A stretch of DNA of 64,000 bases, taken from IMG/VR virus record IMGVR_UViG_3300020576_006967, positions 124,934 to 188,933 of that record, one strand, 5' to 3'. Of this stretch, positions 22,031-33,743 are shown piece after piece. Made by a program: the position numbers and the translations under genes. Under the pieces are notes generated by a model that was not told where the DNA came from, did no database searches, and saw nothing but the letters and a program-made list of their open reading frames with translations. Within the stretch, counting starts at the first letter, position 1. Every line of letters starts with the position of its first letter. Source of the DNA: a virus. Its lineage: Duplodnaviria > Caudoviricetes.

Positions 22031-22709
22031 AGACCAGAAATGTTTGATTAACCACAAAACATCATAGAAAGCACAAATCTTGAAATCACATACAAAACCA
22101 CCATTACATATACACCTTGTTATGTGTAGGTGTGGTTAATTAAGGTAGAGTGTTTAATCGGAGAACTGAACAAAAATTTTAAAAGAAAAAGAAGGGTGGG
22201 AAGTTTTAATTCTTAATATTTATATATAAAGAAAACAAATATATGAAAGATTTGAGAAAATTTATTAAAACCACTATACGAGAGTTTTTGAATGAGAATA
22301 TTCAAAATTACGATATTGTATATAGAGGACAACCTGATGATGTAGATGATATTTCACCAAAAAAATCAATTTGGGTTACTTATGATTATGATTTTGCGAA
22401 TGAATATGGTAATGTTAAAAAATATAAATTACCAAAAAATCTAAATATTTTAGATACTGATTATTATAGTGAATGGGAAAGTTTGGTTGATGAATTTGAT
22501 GAAGATGGTGATTATGATGAGTATAAATATGAACCAACTGATGAATTTATATCCTTTTTAAGTTCAAAAGGGTATGATGGATTTATGAATGGTGATAATA
22601 TTTTAATATTTAATAAATTTCTATTGAAATAAAAGTGGGTGGGATTTTTCTTTTAAAATTTTCAACCGAAATGTTGATTAGAACAATTAACGGAACACTT
22701 ACACATAAC
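22003..22709 (-). mobile_element. Solo integron-like gene cassette with attC-like site
   Basis: 19-bp inverted repeat at 22008-22026/22098-22116, GTTATGTGT at 22119 and ACACATAAC at 22701-22709. AAC is present at both junctions. Confidence 0.7.
22243..22632 (+). CDS. Cassette cargo: putative ADP-ribosyltransferase-fold protein
   Basis: VYRGQ..SIWVT..FANEYG..GYDG pattern, with N-terminal MKDLRKFIKTTIREFLNE leader. Confidence 0.5.
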   Translation: MKDLRKFIKTTIREFLNENIQNYDIVYRGQPDDVDDISPKKSIWVTYDYDFANEYGNVKKYKLPKNLNILDTDYYSEWESLVDEFDEDGDYDEYKYEPTDEFISFLSSKGYDGFMNGDNILIFNKFLLK

Positions 22710-22781
22710 TAGACCTGTAGACGAACTTAAAGCTATGTACCCTTAAAAAAATCAAATAACTTCCTATTTATTTAGAAAGTT

Positions 22782-23135
22782 ATGGATATTTTTAAAGATA
22801 TAAGTGGTGAAATTCAGTTATTTTTTACTGGGTTAAATTGGACATATATTTTCATTTTTATAATGGTTCTCTATGGAATCAAGTATAAGCCAGAATTCCA
22901 CTGGTACAATTCTCTTTTGCACAAATTAGGTGCTTCAAAGTTTAAAGTGTGGATCGCTGGTATCGTTATAGGTATCTTTTTTTGCATTTTTAGACACTCA
23001 GACGGTGTTTTACCTCTTAATAGCTTATATGTGTCCAGTTTGTTAAGAAGTTGGATTGTAGCCATCGTATTCAATTCTTTGGCAAGCTTAAAAATTCAGC
23101 AAATAGACAAATCTGAAGATCCAAAAAAAGATTAG
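22782..23135 (+). CDS. Small multi-pass membrane protein (holin-like)
   Basis: Three hydrophobic segments and a charged C-terminus. Confidence 0.4.
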   Translation: MDIFKDISGEIQLFFTGLNWTYIFIFIMVLYGIKYKPEFHWYNSLLHKLGASKFKVWIAGIVIGIFFCIFRHSDGVLPLNSLYVSSLLRSWIVAIVFNSLASLKIQQIDKSEDPKKD

Positions 23136-23546
23136 GTTTTGGAATTTTTGAATTTAATGTTTATATTTTATAATGTTGTTACCAACCGTTAAAATAATAA
23201 ACTCAGAGGTCCGTCAAATTACAGAGTGGCTTCTTTTAAGTGAATTCTATTGTCTTGTTGAAAAATCCAGACTTCTATTACTTTCCTCCACAAATTTAGA
23301 AGAGCTTGAAGAAGCTAAAATGTCAGTTGATGACATGGCAAATTTTTTATTAAAGATTTTGCTTAAAAATTTAATTGAACCAGATGATTTGTCATCTTAT
23401 GAAATACCAATAATTTACAGAAAAATACAGCCAGAGAACGGCTATAATGCTGGTTACTATTTAAACATGTGTTCTCTATATTTACTTCATGCAAACTTGT
23501 TTAATTATATTGTGGATGGTAGATATAAAGAATTTAGAAAGAAAAA

Positions 23547-23717
23547 TCAAGGTTGGTAAGATTTTCTAATTTGATAAGCTTTAAACTCATCTAAAATAGT
23601 AAAACCAGGAGGTGGTTCTATTTGTGAAAAATGTTTCCAATAACCTTCTCTTTGTTCTAAGATGGTGAAGTGTATTTTTTGTTTTTCTAACCAGTCGTTT
23701 ACATGTAAAACTTCCAT
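23547..23717 (-). CDS. MEVL-tag family small protein (56 aa, not in ORF track)
   Basis: MEVLHVNDWLEKQK..., hand-translated; ATG overlaps the stop of the upstream ORF. Confidence 0.6.
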   Translation of the reverse strand: MEVLHVNDWLEKQKIHFTILEQREGYWKHFSQIEPPPGFTILDEFKAYQIRKSYQP

Positions 23718-23935
23718 TATTTATTTTTTACTTTAAAAACCAATTTATCATCTTCTAACAAAAATCTGGGTGTATTAAACACAATTTCGTATGTGCCGCC
23801 TCCAGAATCAGCATGTCCAGCAATTACCCTGCTAAACCTTTCTGCTTTTCTGTCTTTTTCTTTTTCTTCCTGTTGTTTAATATACTTTTTAATTTTTTCT
23901 ACTTCCATCCAGATATTAATATTTAGTACTTCCAT
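23717..23935 (-). CDS. MEVL-tag family small protein
   Basis: MEVLNINIW, preceded by a TATATTTG host-type promoter element. Confidence 0.6.
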   Translation of the reverse strand: MEVLNINIWMEVEKIKKYIKQQEEKEKDRKAERFSRVIAGHADSGGGTYEIVFNTPRFLLEDDKLVFKVKNK

Positions 23936-25754
23936 ACTTTTTTTATTTAACAAATATAATAAAAAAATTGTTTGTATAGGATTTTATTGCTAAATTTGTT
24001 TGACCAACAAGATTGTCATGAAAAACCACATTGTAGAAAAAATAAACCCGCACTCCAAAAATGAACCACCAACCTACACTGTATATGAAAATTTAGACAA
24101 AGATTTAAAGGCACAAATACAAAGTTTTGAATTTGATAACACCAAAGTTGTTATAGGACTTCCAAGAGAGGAATGGAATATTGTTGAGTGGGAAGAAGAA
24201 GAAGTAAAATGTCAGAGAGGCAGGAACATACACTATTATAAAAAAGAAGAAGTCGAGCAACACCTACAGGAGGATTTTGAAAAAGCTCTCAACAAAAAAT
24301 TTCCAGCTTATATGTATTTTAAAAAAGTATTTGGTGTTTTATCTTTTTATCAAGAACAAATACATAACACAACCACCTATTATAGTTTAAACAAAATTGA
24401 TTTAAACAAATTATTATATTTTAATTTAAACAATTCAGAAGAATCACATGTTGATACAACGAGTGTACAACATTACAACAATATAACATGTTACAATTTA
24501 AGGGTTTACGAAAATGGTTTAGATTTGAATGTGAGTGGCCATGGTCAAAGCTTGAATTTATATTTTAACAGAGAAGGCAACTTCGTAAATCGTGATTACA
24601 ATACAAATTTATCCATTTATGAAAGGAAGGATATAGATCCCATTGAGCTGTATAAAAAGGCGTGCGAAACAATTTTAGGAACACAAGGACCGTTTCAATA
24701 TTATAAAGGAAAATTTTTTACAGAAAATGTTTGTTATATAATTTCTAAAAATGAAGAAAGCTTTAAAAGCGGTATTACTTTAAACGGTTTCAAGTCTGAA
24801 TATGGGCGTGATACTTTTAGAATTTGTGAAGGTAGAAAATACACAACAGTGAAAAGGCCAAAAAAATTTGAAATGAAGACCACTCAAGATTTATTGGAGT
24901 TTTTTATTTCTGAAATTCCAAAAAAAATGTTACACGAATTTAACATTAAGATAAAAGAAAATGCTTGATAATTTCACAGAAAATGATTGGAACCACATGC
25001 ATGATTGTATATTGGATGCCACCTGGAGTACAACGAAACTAAGCATGTCTCAAAAGGCAATGGAAAATTTATTTGAATCTCTGCCAGAAGATTTGCAAGA
25101 CGAAGCAATACATTGGGGCATGAATGATACTGTGTGGAGAGATAATTTTATTCAATGGTATAAAGAAAATTTTTAATTATGGCAACAATACAATTAGAAA
25201 TAAAAAGCTGTCAAGAATGTCCCCACTTTAAAACAGAAAATCAATATTCCACAGATGGCTGGGATAGAATGGAAGATTGGATATGTACAAAAACAGAGCC
25301 AGAAAAAAAGATACAAGGCGCTGTGGAGTGGCATGAAGAAAAACACATTAAAGTTCCAGAATGGTGTCCGATAAAAATATAAAACCATGTACTTGGTACT
25401 GGGTAGAGTTGGCCATGAAGATTGTGGCAAAGGATTTACGTGCACCATTGTGCGTTAGACAAGGATTGGTTAAACCTAAAAAAAATAAAAAATGACAGCA
25501 ATTGAGTTATACAGATTTCTTCACAACAACAGAATAGAATGGCATTATTCCGAAAATGGCAACGAAAAAGATGTTATCATATTTGTGGAATATTATAATG
25601 TTGAAAATTTTAGAAAGATATTGTCAGCTTCCATGTTTGATGATGAAGGTATTGAGTGTAGTATGAAAGATGGTTATTTTTGTTTTTGGATGAAATACAT
25701 TTGTGAATATTACGGCATTGAATTAAGTGAGGTTTTTATTAAAGAAGAAGAACA

Positions 25755-26936
25755 ATGAAAAAAATAATTGTATTAGGTGCAGGAATGGTTGGCAGCGCAA
25801 TTGCTATTGATCTATCAAAAAAATATGAAGTCACGTTGTTTGACAAATCACTCGATCAAGTTGAAAGAGTGAAAGAAAAACACCCTCAAATAAATATAGG
25901 CACATGTGATGTTACAGATGAGCATCAATTGGTAAGCATGACAATAGACTGCGATTTGGTTGTATGTGCGGTTCCAGGATTTCTAGGCTTTCAAACAATA
26001 AAGTGGTTAATTGAGGGTGGAAAAAACATTGTTGACATTTCATTTTTTCCAGAAAACGCTCTAATGTTAAACGAACTAGCAGTGCGTAATGGCGTTACAG
26101 TTATTGTAGATTGCGGCGTAGCTCCTGGACTTGACAATATAATTATTGGTCACGTCAACAACAACATGGAAGTAATCCAAAGCTTTGATTGTGTTGTTGG
26201 TGGTTTACCTAAAACTAAAAAATGGCCATTTAACTATAAAGCCCCTTTCTCTCCAGTAGATGTTATAGAGGAATATACAAGACCAGCAAGATATGTGGAA
26301 AACGGAGTTGTTGTTGTAAAAGAAGCTTTGTCAGATATTGAACATGTTGAATTTGATGGTGTGGGCACCTTAGAATCTTTTAATTCTGACGGGCTCAGAT
26401 CTCTCATTTATACAATGAGACATATACCAAATATGAAGGAAAAGACTTTGCGTTATCCTGGTCATGTTGAATACATAAAGGTTTTAAGAGATAGCGGATT
26501 CTTTTCAAAAGAACCTATTATTGTGACCTCTAAAATGATGGGCGAACACAAGTATTCACTTGATGATGTATATGTTACTCCGTTAGATGTTACAAGTAAA
26601 ATTCTTTTTAAAGAATGGAAGCTTAGAGAAACAGAAGAGGAGCTAACTGTGATGCGTGTAACCATTGTCGGTAAATTTAAAAAAGAAGATGAAAAATTTA
26701 CAGAGGTGGTCTATAACCTTCACGACGAATTCAACAAAGAAACAAACACATCATCAATGGCAAGGACCACTGGGTATACAGCTACAGCAGCTGTTGAATT
26801 AATTATTAATGGTTTTGCTAAAGGCATGTATCCTCCTGAGATAGCCGTGCATGCAGCACCTGAATTCTTCACATTGGTTTTAGATCATCTCGCAGATAGA
26901 GGAATAGTTTTAAATGTTACACAAAAAACAATATAA
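25755..26936 (+). CDS. Saccharopine dehydrogenase / lysine 6-dehydrogenase family oxidoreductase
   Basis: Rossmann GAGMVG, DCGVAPG, EKTLRYPGH and SMARTTGY. Confidence 0.9.
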   Translation: MKKIIVLGAGMVGSAIAIDLSKKYEVTLFDKSLDQVERVKEKHPQINIGTCDVTDEHQLVSMTIDCDLVVCAVPGFLGFQTIKWLIEGGKNIVDISFFPENALMLNELAVRNGVTVIVDCGVAPGLDNIIIGHVNNNMEVIQSFDCVVGGLPKTKKWPFNYKAPFSPVDVIEEYTRPARYVENGVVVVKEALSDIEHVEFDGVGTLESFNSDGLRSLIYTMRHIPNMKEKTLRYPGHVEYIKVLRDSGFFSKEPIIVTSKMMGEHKYSLDDVYVTPLDVTSKILFKEWKLRETEEELTVMRVTIVGKFKKEDEKFTEVVYNLHDEFNKETNTSSMARTTGYTATAAVELIINGFAKGMYPPEIAVHAAPEFFTLVLDHLADRGIVLNVTQKTI

Positions 26937-28612
26937 GTTATGAAAATAATATCAATAATAATTTGGTTAGTAGTGGTTTTTAATATGTGGATATTCGCCA
27001 CAAAAACAAAGGTAGAACCTGAAAAATTTAAACACCTTGAATTCAGGGTTAGAAGTATATTTTATTGGTTAGCTGTAATTAGTTCGTTTTTATTTGGAAT
27101 TATAGTGTGTAAACAATGAAACCTTTTACAATATAAATCGTATAAATTAAACCAACTTAAATTCAATGACATATTCAGATTTAAATAAAAAAGAAAATTG
27201 GACTAAAGCAGAAGCTTTTAAGATGATGATTTATTGTGCAAACACACTTAAAATGGTGCCTAGCAAAAACAAAATTTCTAAAGCAAAAAAAGCACTTAGT
27301 AATTGTAAATAACATGAAATACATTAAAATTAAATTGGCTAGAGCTTTAAGAGACAAAGGTTTTGTAGAACCTTGCTTGTGCTGTTTTGATGGAAGCGAT
27401 ATGCTTTCCACATACGTGAAATCTGTTTTTGAGCCTCTGAATTATAATACTGGAGGAAGCAAAAACACATCTGCTCCTACTTACGATGAAGTTCTTGAAT
27501 GGCTTCGTACAAAACACAAAATTCATGTGGCTCCATTTATAGGTCATGACGAGGATAAAATATGGTACAATTTTACATTGGAACCAATTGAATTAGGTTA
27601 TAATTATGAACCACATACTTGTGATGAGCAACCTTTTAAAGATTATTTTGACATGCTCGAACACGCTATTTTTGAGGCTTTAAAACACATCAAATGAAAC
27701 CACAAGGAATAAGACCAGAAGATAGTAGTTGTTGCCCAGGACACGCCAAATATGGCGTAAGGGGTCTTACTGCTAAGGGTGTAAAAAGACCACGTAAAAA
27801 AAGCAAGGATAAGCCTAGAAAGGCTAAAGAAAGAAAACTAGATCATGTTAAATTTACAGAAGACGACGGAAACTAAATGAATAAGCCAAATTATAAATAT
27901 ACAATTGATGGTAATGTAATCTTTATCGAGGATCTTGGAGGTCCTTTTCAATCGGTGACAAATGGGATTGAAACAGTACTTCAAGAGGTGTCTGATGATT
28001 TAGAAAAAAACGGAATTAGCGGCACTGGAATAAATAACTTCAAAGTAGTATACAAAGATTCTGATGGAGCAATAGATGGCGTTGCCATTGACTCCGATGG
28101 TATGTTTATGAATTTTTATCATATAGGTGCTAAAAACTTTTACGAAGCTAAACTAAAAATAAAGTAGTCATGGAAGAAAAAAAGTGCACCAAGGTAAAAT
28201 TTTTAACCCAAAAATATGCCGACTTTCATATTGTAAAAAACGAATACAGAAACATTAAAACAGGTAAAAAGGCCAGAAGTTATAAGTGCAAAATTTGTCA
28301 AAATTCATGGCACATTACTTCTAAAATAGAAAACTTTAAACTCGTCGAAGACAATGAGTTTTTATTTAACAAAGTTGAGGCGTTTAGAAAGACAAATCAA
28401 TCGTTAAGTGATGCAAATAATAAATTGATAAACAAAGAAAGAAAGGAACTTAGAGAAGAAGTGGTAATTTTACATTTAGAGAACCTTGTTTCAAAAAAAT
28501 CTGAGGATATAATTGGTATGTCTAAAAGAATAAACGATCTAAACACCTTTAATGAAGCTCTGCTTAGAAGAATAGATTCACTTGAAGAAGAAAAACAAAA
28601 AACAACTACATC

Positions 28613-28882
28613 ATGATAAAAATAAAACAATTTATTTCGTTTATATTACTTGCAGCCCTTTTTTATTCTTGTGGGCCAAGCAGGGAAGAAATGGATGCGC
28701 AAGCTTTAGAGGGTTTAAAAAGCCGCAAGAGTTTAAATCACATTAGTACGTTAAGCAACGGGCAGTTTCAAACATATGTTGTCGATAGTTGTGAATACAT
28801 TGGCGGTTGGATAGGTAGTTCAAAGGGCGGTCCCATTTTTACTCACAAAGGAAATTGTAAATTTTGCAAACAAAGAAAATGA
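28613..28882 (+). CDS. Small lipoprotein (paralog of 6941-7192)
   Basis: FYSC lipobox-like segment, CEYI and THKGNCK. Confidence 0.6.
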   Translation: MIKIKQFISFILLAALFYSCGPSREEMDAQALEGLKSRKSLNHISTLSNGQFQTYVVDSCEYIGGWIGSSKGGPIFTHKGNCKFCKQRK

Positions 28883-29458
28883 AAAAATTACACGAACACG
28901 ATTGTGATACATGTATATATTTAGGAAGTGATTCTGAACACGACTTTTACTTCCATCACGATAAAGAATATCCAATTCTTTCTACGCTAATTACTAGATA
29001 TGGAGAGTTTGGAGATTATAGTTCAGGTTTAGATTTTGCGTTTTCTTCAATACCACTTAATTGCGCTCTTAAATTAGCAGTAGAACAAAGTGTAATTCCG
29101 CAAGATGTGTTGAGTTATTTGAAAAAAGGTCAAGATCGTTGGTTTAGTTATTGCAAAGAAGACAAGGAGTATGCTGATAGCATTGCAGAGAGATGGAAGG
29201 ACAAAGAAAGGTTTATTCTTAAATAAAAATGAATAAGATTTATTGTTCACATTGCGGCAACCCAATAGGGGAAATGCATAAAAGAGATGAAACTTACTAT
29301 CATAAGAATAAAATAGGTAAAGTGGTTTGTTTAACTTGTGAATTTAACAAAAGAAACAGTCGAGCTCAAACTTCTTTTTTTATAATTTTTGTTTTTGCTT
29401 TAATCGTAGTTATCTATTTAGCTATAAAAGGTTTATAAATGAAAAATAATAAATACAA

Positions 29459-29899
29459 ATGAGGTTGTTTAAATTTTTATTTGGTTGGTTATACTTTAAA
29501 AAAACCAAAAAACAAATTGGAAAAAGAAATGAGCCAAGCAATGTAAAACCAGGAGATTATGTTGTAATTGAATGGAACAGAATTAAAGGCGGAATTGGCG
29601 GCTTAAAGTGCATAAACAATGACACAGAAACACAAAAAATGTTGCTTGAAGTTAGCTGGAACAACCCTCAAGATGTTCCAGGAACAGAGCCTAAAGAAAG
29701 AATTATTGTAGATTACTTTAGTCATTATTTAAAAAATTTCAACCTTTTAAACCCGCTTAGCAAAGAAGAAGAGGAAGAAGAAATTGATGAATATGATATT
29801 GCGAATCTTCAGAGCAAACTTAACAAAGCTTTAGAAGAACAGGAGTATGAGAAAGCTCAAGATCTCCAAACCAAAATTGATAAACTTTTAAAAAAATAA
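29459..29899 (+). CDS. Hypothetical protein with C-terminal UVR-like coiled coil
   Basis: LQSKLNKALEEQEYEKAQDLQTKI. Confidence 0.55.
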   Translation: MRLFKFLFGWLYFKKTKKQIGKRNEPSNVKPGDYVVIEWNRIKGGIGGLKCINNDTETQKMLLEVSWNNPQDVPGTEPKERIIVDYFSHYLKNFNLLNPLSKEEEEEEIDEYDIANLQSKLNKALEEQEYEKAQDLQTKIDKLLKK

Positions 29900-29942
29900 T
29901 TGAAACCTTTTTAAAACAAATACGTATAACAAAGAAAAACAA

Positions 29943-31280
29943 ATGACAACTATTGGATCATATAACGACAAAGTAATTGGAGCCAATTACAGCTTGCAGA
30001 TATATCAATCAGCCCAAGAGTTGTCAAAACAATTAAAATCAACCTATAAATCAATTGGGATAGATTTTAAAGAGTTCAATTCAGGCGAGGTAGAATCTAG
30101 TTCGGTTGAAAATCCTCCTTCAGAAATATACGAATATCAAAACTTTTTTTTACTTGAAAAAACTGATGGCAAGATTGTTCTTTTAGATGGGTTTCGTAGA
30201 CTTTTGTGGTATAATGCACCCAATACATCAATATACGTGCGTACATACAAGCAGGAAGATTTAACCAGCAGTCAAATTTTAACTTTGCTTGTAAACTTAA
30301 ATCATTTTAAATTCTTTTCTAATGCCTCATATCAAGAACGTGGTTTTGGCTTGTTGTTGAAAACTGTTTTTGATATAGATATCACAAAGTTCAGAAGTGC
30401 ATTTGACGCTTACCTTTCCTCGGATTCAATAAAAAATGATTATGGTTCAAGTTACGGAAGATCTATTGGAACTGAAAAAATAGAAACCATTAAAGAAAGA
30501 ATATTAAATCCTTTATTCATAGAAGACATGAAGTTTATTTCTAAACTTCAAGAGGAACAATGTATGGTAAACACATATTTTGGTGCTTTTGTATATAAAA
30601 AAAGACTTGAGTTCGATGAAGCTTTTGATACAGATAAGTTTTTAACATTACATAAGTCAGACAAGGTGCTCGCTGATTTAATGGAAAAGTATAAAAAAGC
30701 TGGAACAAACTCTTCTGTAAAAAGCATGGAAGCTGTAAATCGTGTAATGGAAACGTATAGTAATTTTTTCATACTAATGAAAGGCGGTTCAGTTGAAAAG
30801 TCGTATGCCGAAAAAATGCAAGAGTGCAAAGATTTGCGTTCTGAAATCAACAAGGATAAAAACTACACAAAACTCACAGGAAGTAAAAATTGTTATTTGA
30901 TAGAACGTGTGATGGAAAAAAACCCTGGTGATCTTAAATTCAAGTGCTTGGTTTATCCTAAAGAAGAAAGTTTAAGTAATTTCTCAAGAGGTAGTGGTAT
31001 GCCTTTAGAATATGGTGTAAACGACCTAGTTCGCTTTATAGGTGTTGTTGCAAAAAGTTTTGGTCAAAAGGAAATGGTGTTTGGTTTAAATGATACAAAA
31101 ACTGGAGCTGAATGGAAGGTTAGACACAATTACGGTGGCTATAATTCTTATGGAAAAAAATACACAACACTAGACTTTCAATGGAACAAAGAAATATCTG
31201 AAAAATACAACGTCGGAAGCATGTCTTGTAAATATGATATTGAATTGTGGGTAAATATTAAACAAGAAGAATGGAAATAA
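29943..31280 (+). CDS. Protein with ParB/Srx-like N-terminal domain
   Basis: IVLLDGFRRL motif. Confidence 0.45.
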   Translation: MTTIGSYNDKVIGANYSLQIYQSAQELSKQLKSTYKSIGIDFKEFNSGEVESSSVENPPSEIYEYQNFFLLEKTDGKIVLLDGFRRLLWYNAPNTSIYVRTYKQEDLTSSQILTLLVNLNHFKFFSNASYQERGFGLLLKTVFDIDITKFRSAFDAYLSSDSIKNDYGSSYGRSIGTEKIETIKERILNPLFIEDMKFISKLQEEQCMVNTYFGAFVYKKRLEFDEAFDTDKFLTLHKSDKVLADLMEKYKKAGTNSSVKSMEAVNRVMETYSNFFILMKGGSVEKSYAEKMQECKDLRSEINKDKNYTKLTGSKNCYLIERVMEKNPGDLKFKCLVYPKEESLSNFSRGSGMPLEYGVNDLVRFIGVVAKSFGQKEMVFGLNDTKTGAEWKVRHNYGGYNSYGKKYTTLDFQWNKEISEKYNVGSMSCKYDIELWVNIKQEEWK

Positions 31281-31851
31281 AAAAAACAACATGAAAAACA
31301 ACGAAGAAGTATTAGATTTAATTATTAAAAACAGCAAAAGTTTAAAGGCGTTTTATACTTATCCAACAGCTGGGTGCGGAGATGTAATTGCTGAAACATC
31401 TATTCACAATGGAAAAGAATTTGACCACAATTTAAAAAACCTGATTAACTTAACAGTACAATTGGGCGCAGCCGCAGCTGGCTGCGGTAATGATAATAAA
31501 ATTGCGGTTAAGGTTATTGTCGATCAGCTTGATTATCCTGTTTATTTTTGTAAAAAAGATGGTAGATATTGTATTACAAAAGATGTCAATGCAATGGATA
31601 AGCAGGAGCCTATTAAAATTAATTGGAGCCTAGAACACTAAATATGAATGAAGACGAAAAAGATGACTGGCACAGCGTGCAATTTCGAATAAAAGATGAA
31701 GGAATTCATTATTGTTTTAATGACTACAGCAGGTGGGAGCATATTAAAGACGAAGATTTTCATAAGTTACGCAAAGCATATTTAAACGCAGCAGAAGAAC
31801 TTAAAAATTATGTTTTAAAGAAGAATGAAGAAGCTGATAAAGAATAATTTT

Positions 31852-31883
31852 AAAACCCAGGAATTTGTTTTTCTGGGTTTTTT
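31852..31883 (+). terminator. Intrinsic terminator
   Basis: AAAACCCAG...CTGGGTTTTTT. Confidence 0.7.
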
Positions 31884-31898
31884 TATTATATTTAATTA

Positions 31899-32171
31899 AT
31901 GCAAGTTCTAAAAATAGAAGAATACATAAGTATACAAGGTCAAATTATTACAAAAGCAAATAATTTAAGAGACACAATTTTGTCTTGTGAATATCCGTCA
32001 CAAGAAACTAAAACCAAGCTTATAAGAGATGTGGAGCGTTTAGCGGAAATGGTAGACGAATCAATCCATTTTAAAAAGCAAGTTGATTTAAGTCATTTGA
32101 CCGTTGAGAATGACAAATGTGAACATAGCATAGTTAATTATTATAATTACTTGGTAACATTTAAAATTTAA
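31899..32171 (+). CDS. MEVL-tag family variant
   Basis: MQVLKIEEYI. Confidence 0.55.
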   Translation: MQVLKIEEYISIQGQIITKANNLRDTILSCEYPSQETKTKLIRDVERLAEMVDESIHFKKQVDLSHLTVENDKCEHSIVNYYNYLVTFKI

Positions 32172-32173
32172 TC

Positions 32174-32506
32174 ATGCAAGTATTAACAATAGAACAATAT
32201 TTAAAATTGCCAGAAATGGTTGTTGAGTATTCTGGTGTTCTAAACAAAGCTCTACACAATTTAAATAAAAGAAATAGAAAGACTGTGGTCGATATAGAAT
32301 TTATTGATAAAAAAATTGGTGAGTTTTGCAGTTTAATGATTTTAATGCTCGATTTTAAAATAAAAATACCAAATCTGGAACGCTTTAAAATAGAAGAGGT
32401 GTCAGATTACCACTCGCTGAAGGTTCGTACAAATTACGAGGTTTTTAATTTGTTGGTAAGCGAAGATCTTCCGAACCTATATGAAGAATTAAAGTCTATT
32501 TGTTGA
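32174..32506 (+). CDS. MEVL-tag family variant
   Basis: MQVLTIEQYL. Confidence 0.55.
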   Translation: MQVLTIEQYLKLPEMVVEYSGVLNKALHNLNKRNRKTVVDIEFIDKKIGEFCSLMILMLDFKIKIPNLERFKIEEVSDYHSLKVRTNYEVFNLLVSEDLPNLYEELKSIC

Positions 32507-33743
32507 GAAGAGTTTTATAAAACCCCTCATTCCACTCTATATCATTAATGCAAACAACATCGTTATTGTCCATAAAAACATAAGACATCACCATGCTTTC
32601 AAAATACTTTATGTTTGATGTGGTTTTTTGAGAACTTTCATTAATGTACTCCACAAGATCTCCAACAAAAAACATGCTGCCGTCTTTAATCCTTTCAACT
32701 TTATCAAAGCTATCATCTATAAAAAAGAATTGATCTTTTGCCTTTATCCAATCATCTACTGTTAAAACTTCTCCCATGGTCTTTTATCGTCGTTTAATTT
32801 TGATAAGCTATTAATTGGTATTGTAAAATCTGAATTATCTTCGTTTGAAATAACCCACACATCTATGTTGTTAAGAGCAAATCCAGTTATTTCACAAAAT
32901 TCCACTCCAACATTATTAAAGAACATAACGTCTTCTTCTGTTTTAAATATTGCCCCATCGTTTAATCTTTGAGCTGTTTCAAATATTCCATTTGTCAAAA
33001 ATTTAAACTGATCTCCGTCAGATTTTTTAACCCAATCATCTACTACCAGTACTTCCATTTTGTTTTTTATTGATAAGTTGTACAATTTTTTCATCTATTG
33101 AAAAGTTGATCGCTGGCATGTTTAAAATAGATGGATAAACAATCGTGTAATTGCCCCAAGTTATATATCCTTCTTTTTGCTTTTTAAGCCATTCATCTAT
33201 GAATAAAACGTCCATGTTAAGCTTTTTTTATATCGTTTATTTCTGCTATTATCCCGCCAATTTCTCTTCTTTTATAATTATCAAGTTCGACACTTTTCAT
33301 ATCTGGGTGAAAATACCAAATCTTATAAGTGTCGTTATCAAAAATAACAAGTTCTTTAACCGCAAACTCAAGGTTATCTTTTAATCTTGTGACACAAGTC
33401 GCCCATCCAACAGTTCCATAACCCTCCGTTACTTTAAACTGAACACCATTTTCTTGAGCACTAATCCAGTCTTCTACATTTAAAATTTGCATAATATATC
33501 GTTAATGAACGTTTTATTATTTCTAAAAAAAACAGTTTTCTGATCTTGGCCAAAAGATAATATCACACCCATAGGTAAAGCGCTAGAAAATTTATTTTCC
33601 CCTTTAAATATAACACAATCGCCGATTTTAAAAGTTTCATTGTCAATCACCCTTATAACAGATTGGTAGAAAATATCTTTAGGAACAAACTGTAATCCTT
33701 TGCTTAGTTTAACCCATTCATCTATGTGTAAAACACTAACCAC
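32496..33743 (-). repeat. Tandem cluster of five MEVL-tag genes (32496-32777, 32762-33058, 33036-33215, 33217-33492, 33480-33743)
   Basis: Starts MGEVLTVDDWI, MEVLVVDDWV, MDVLFIDEWL, MQILNVEDWI and MVSVLHIDEWV. Four of the five share QF..R(L/I/V)xD..F..IND/INS. Confidence 0.75.
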
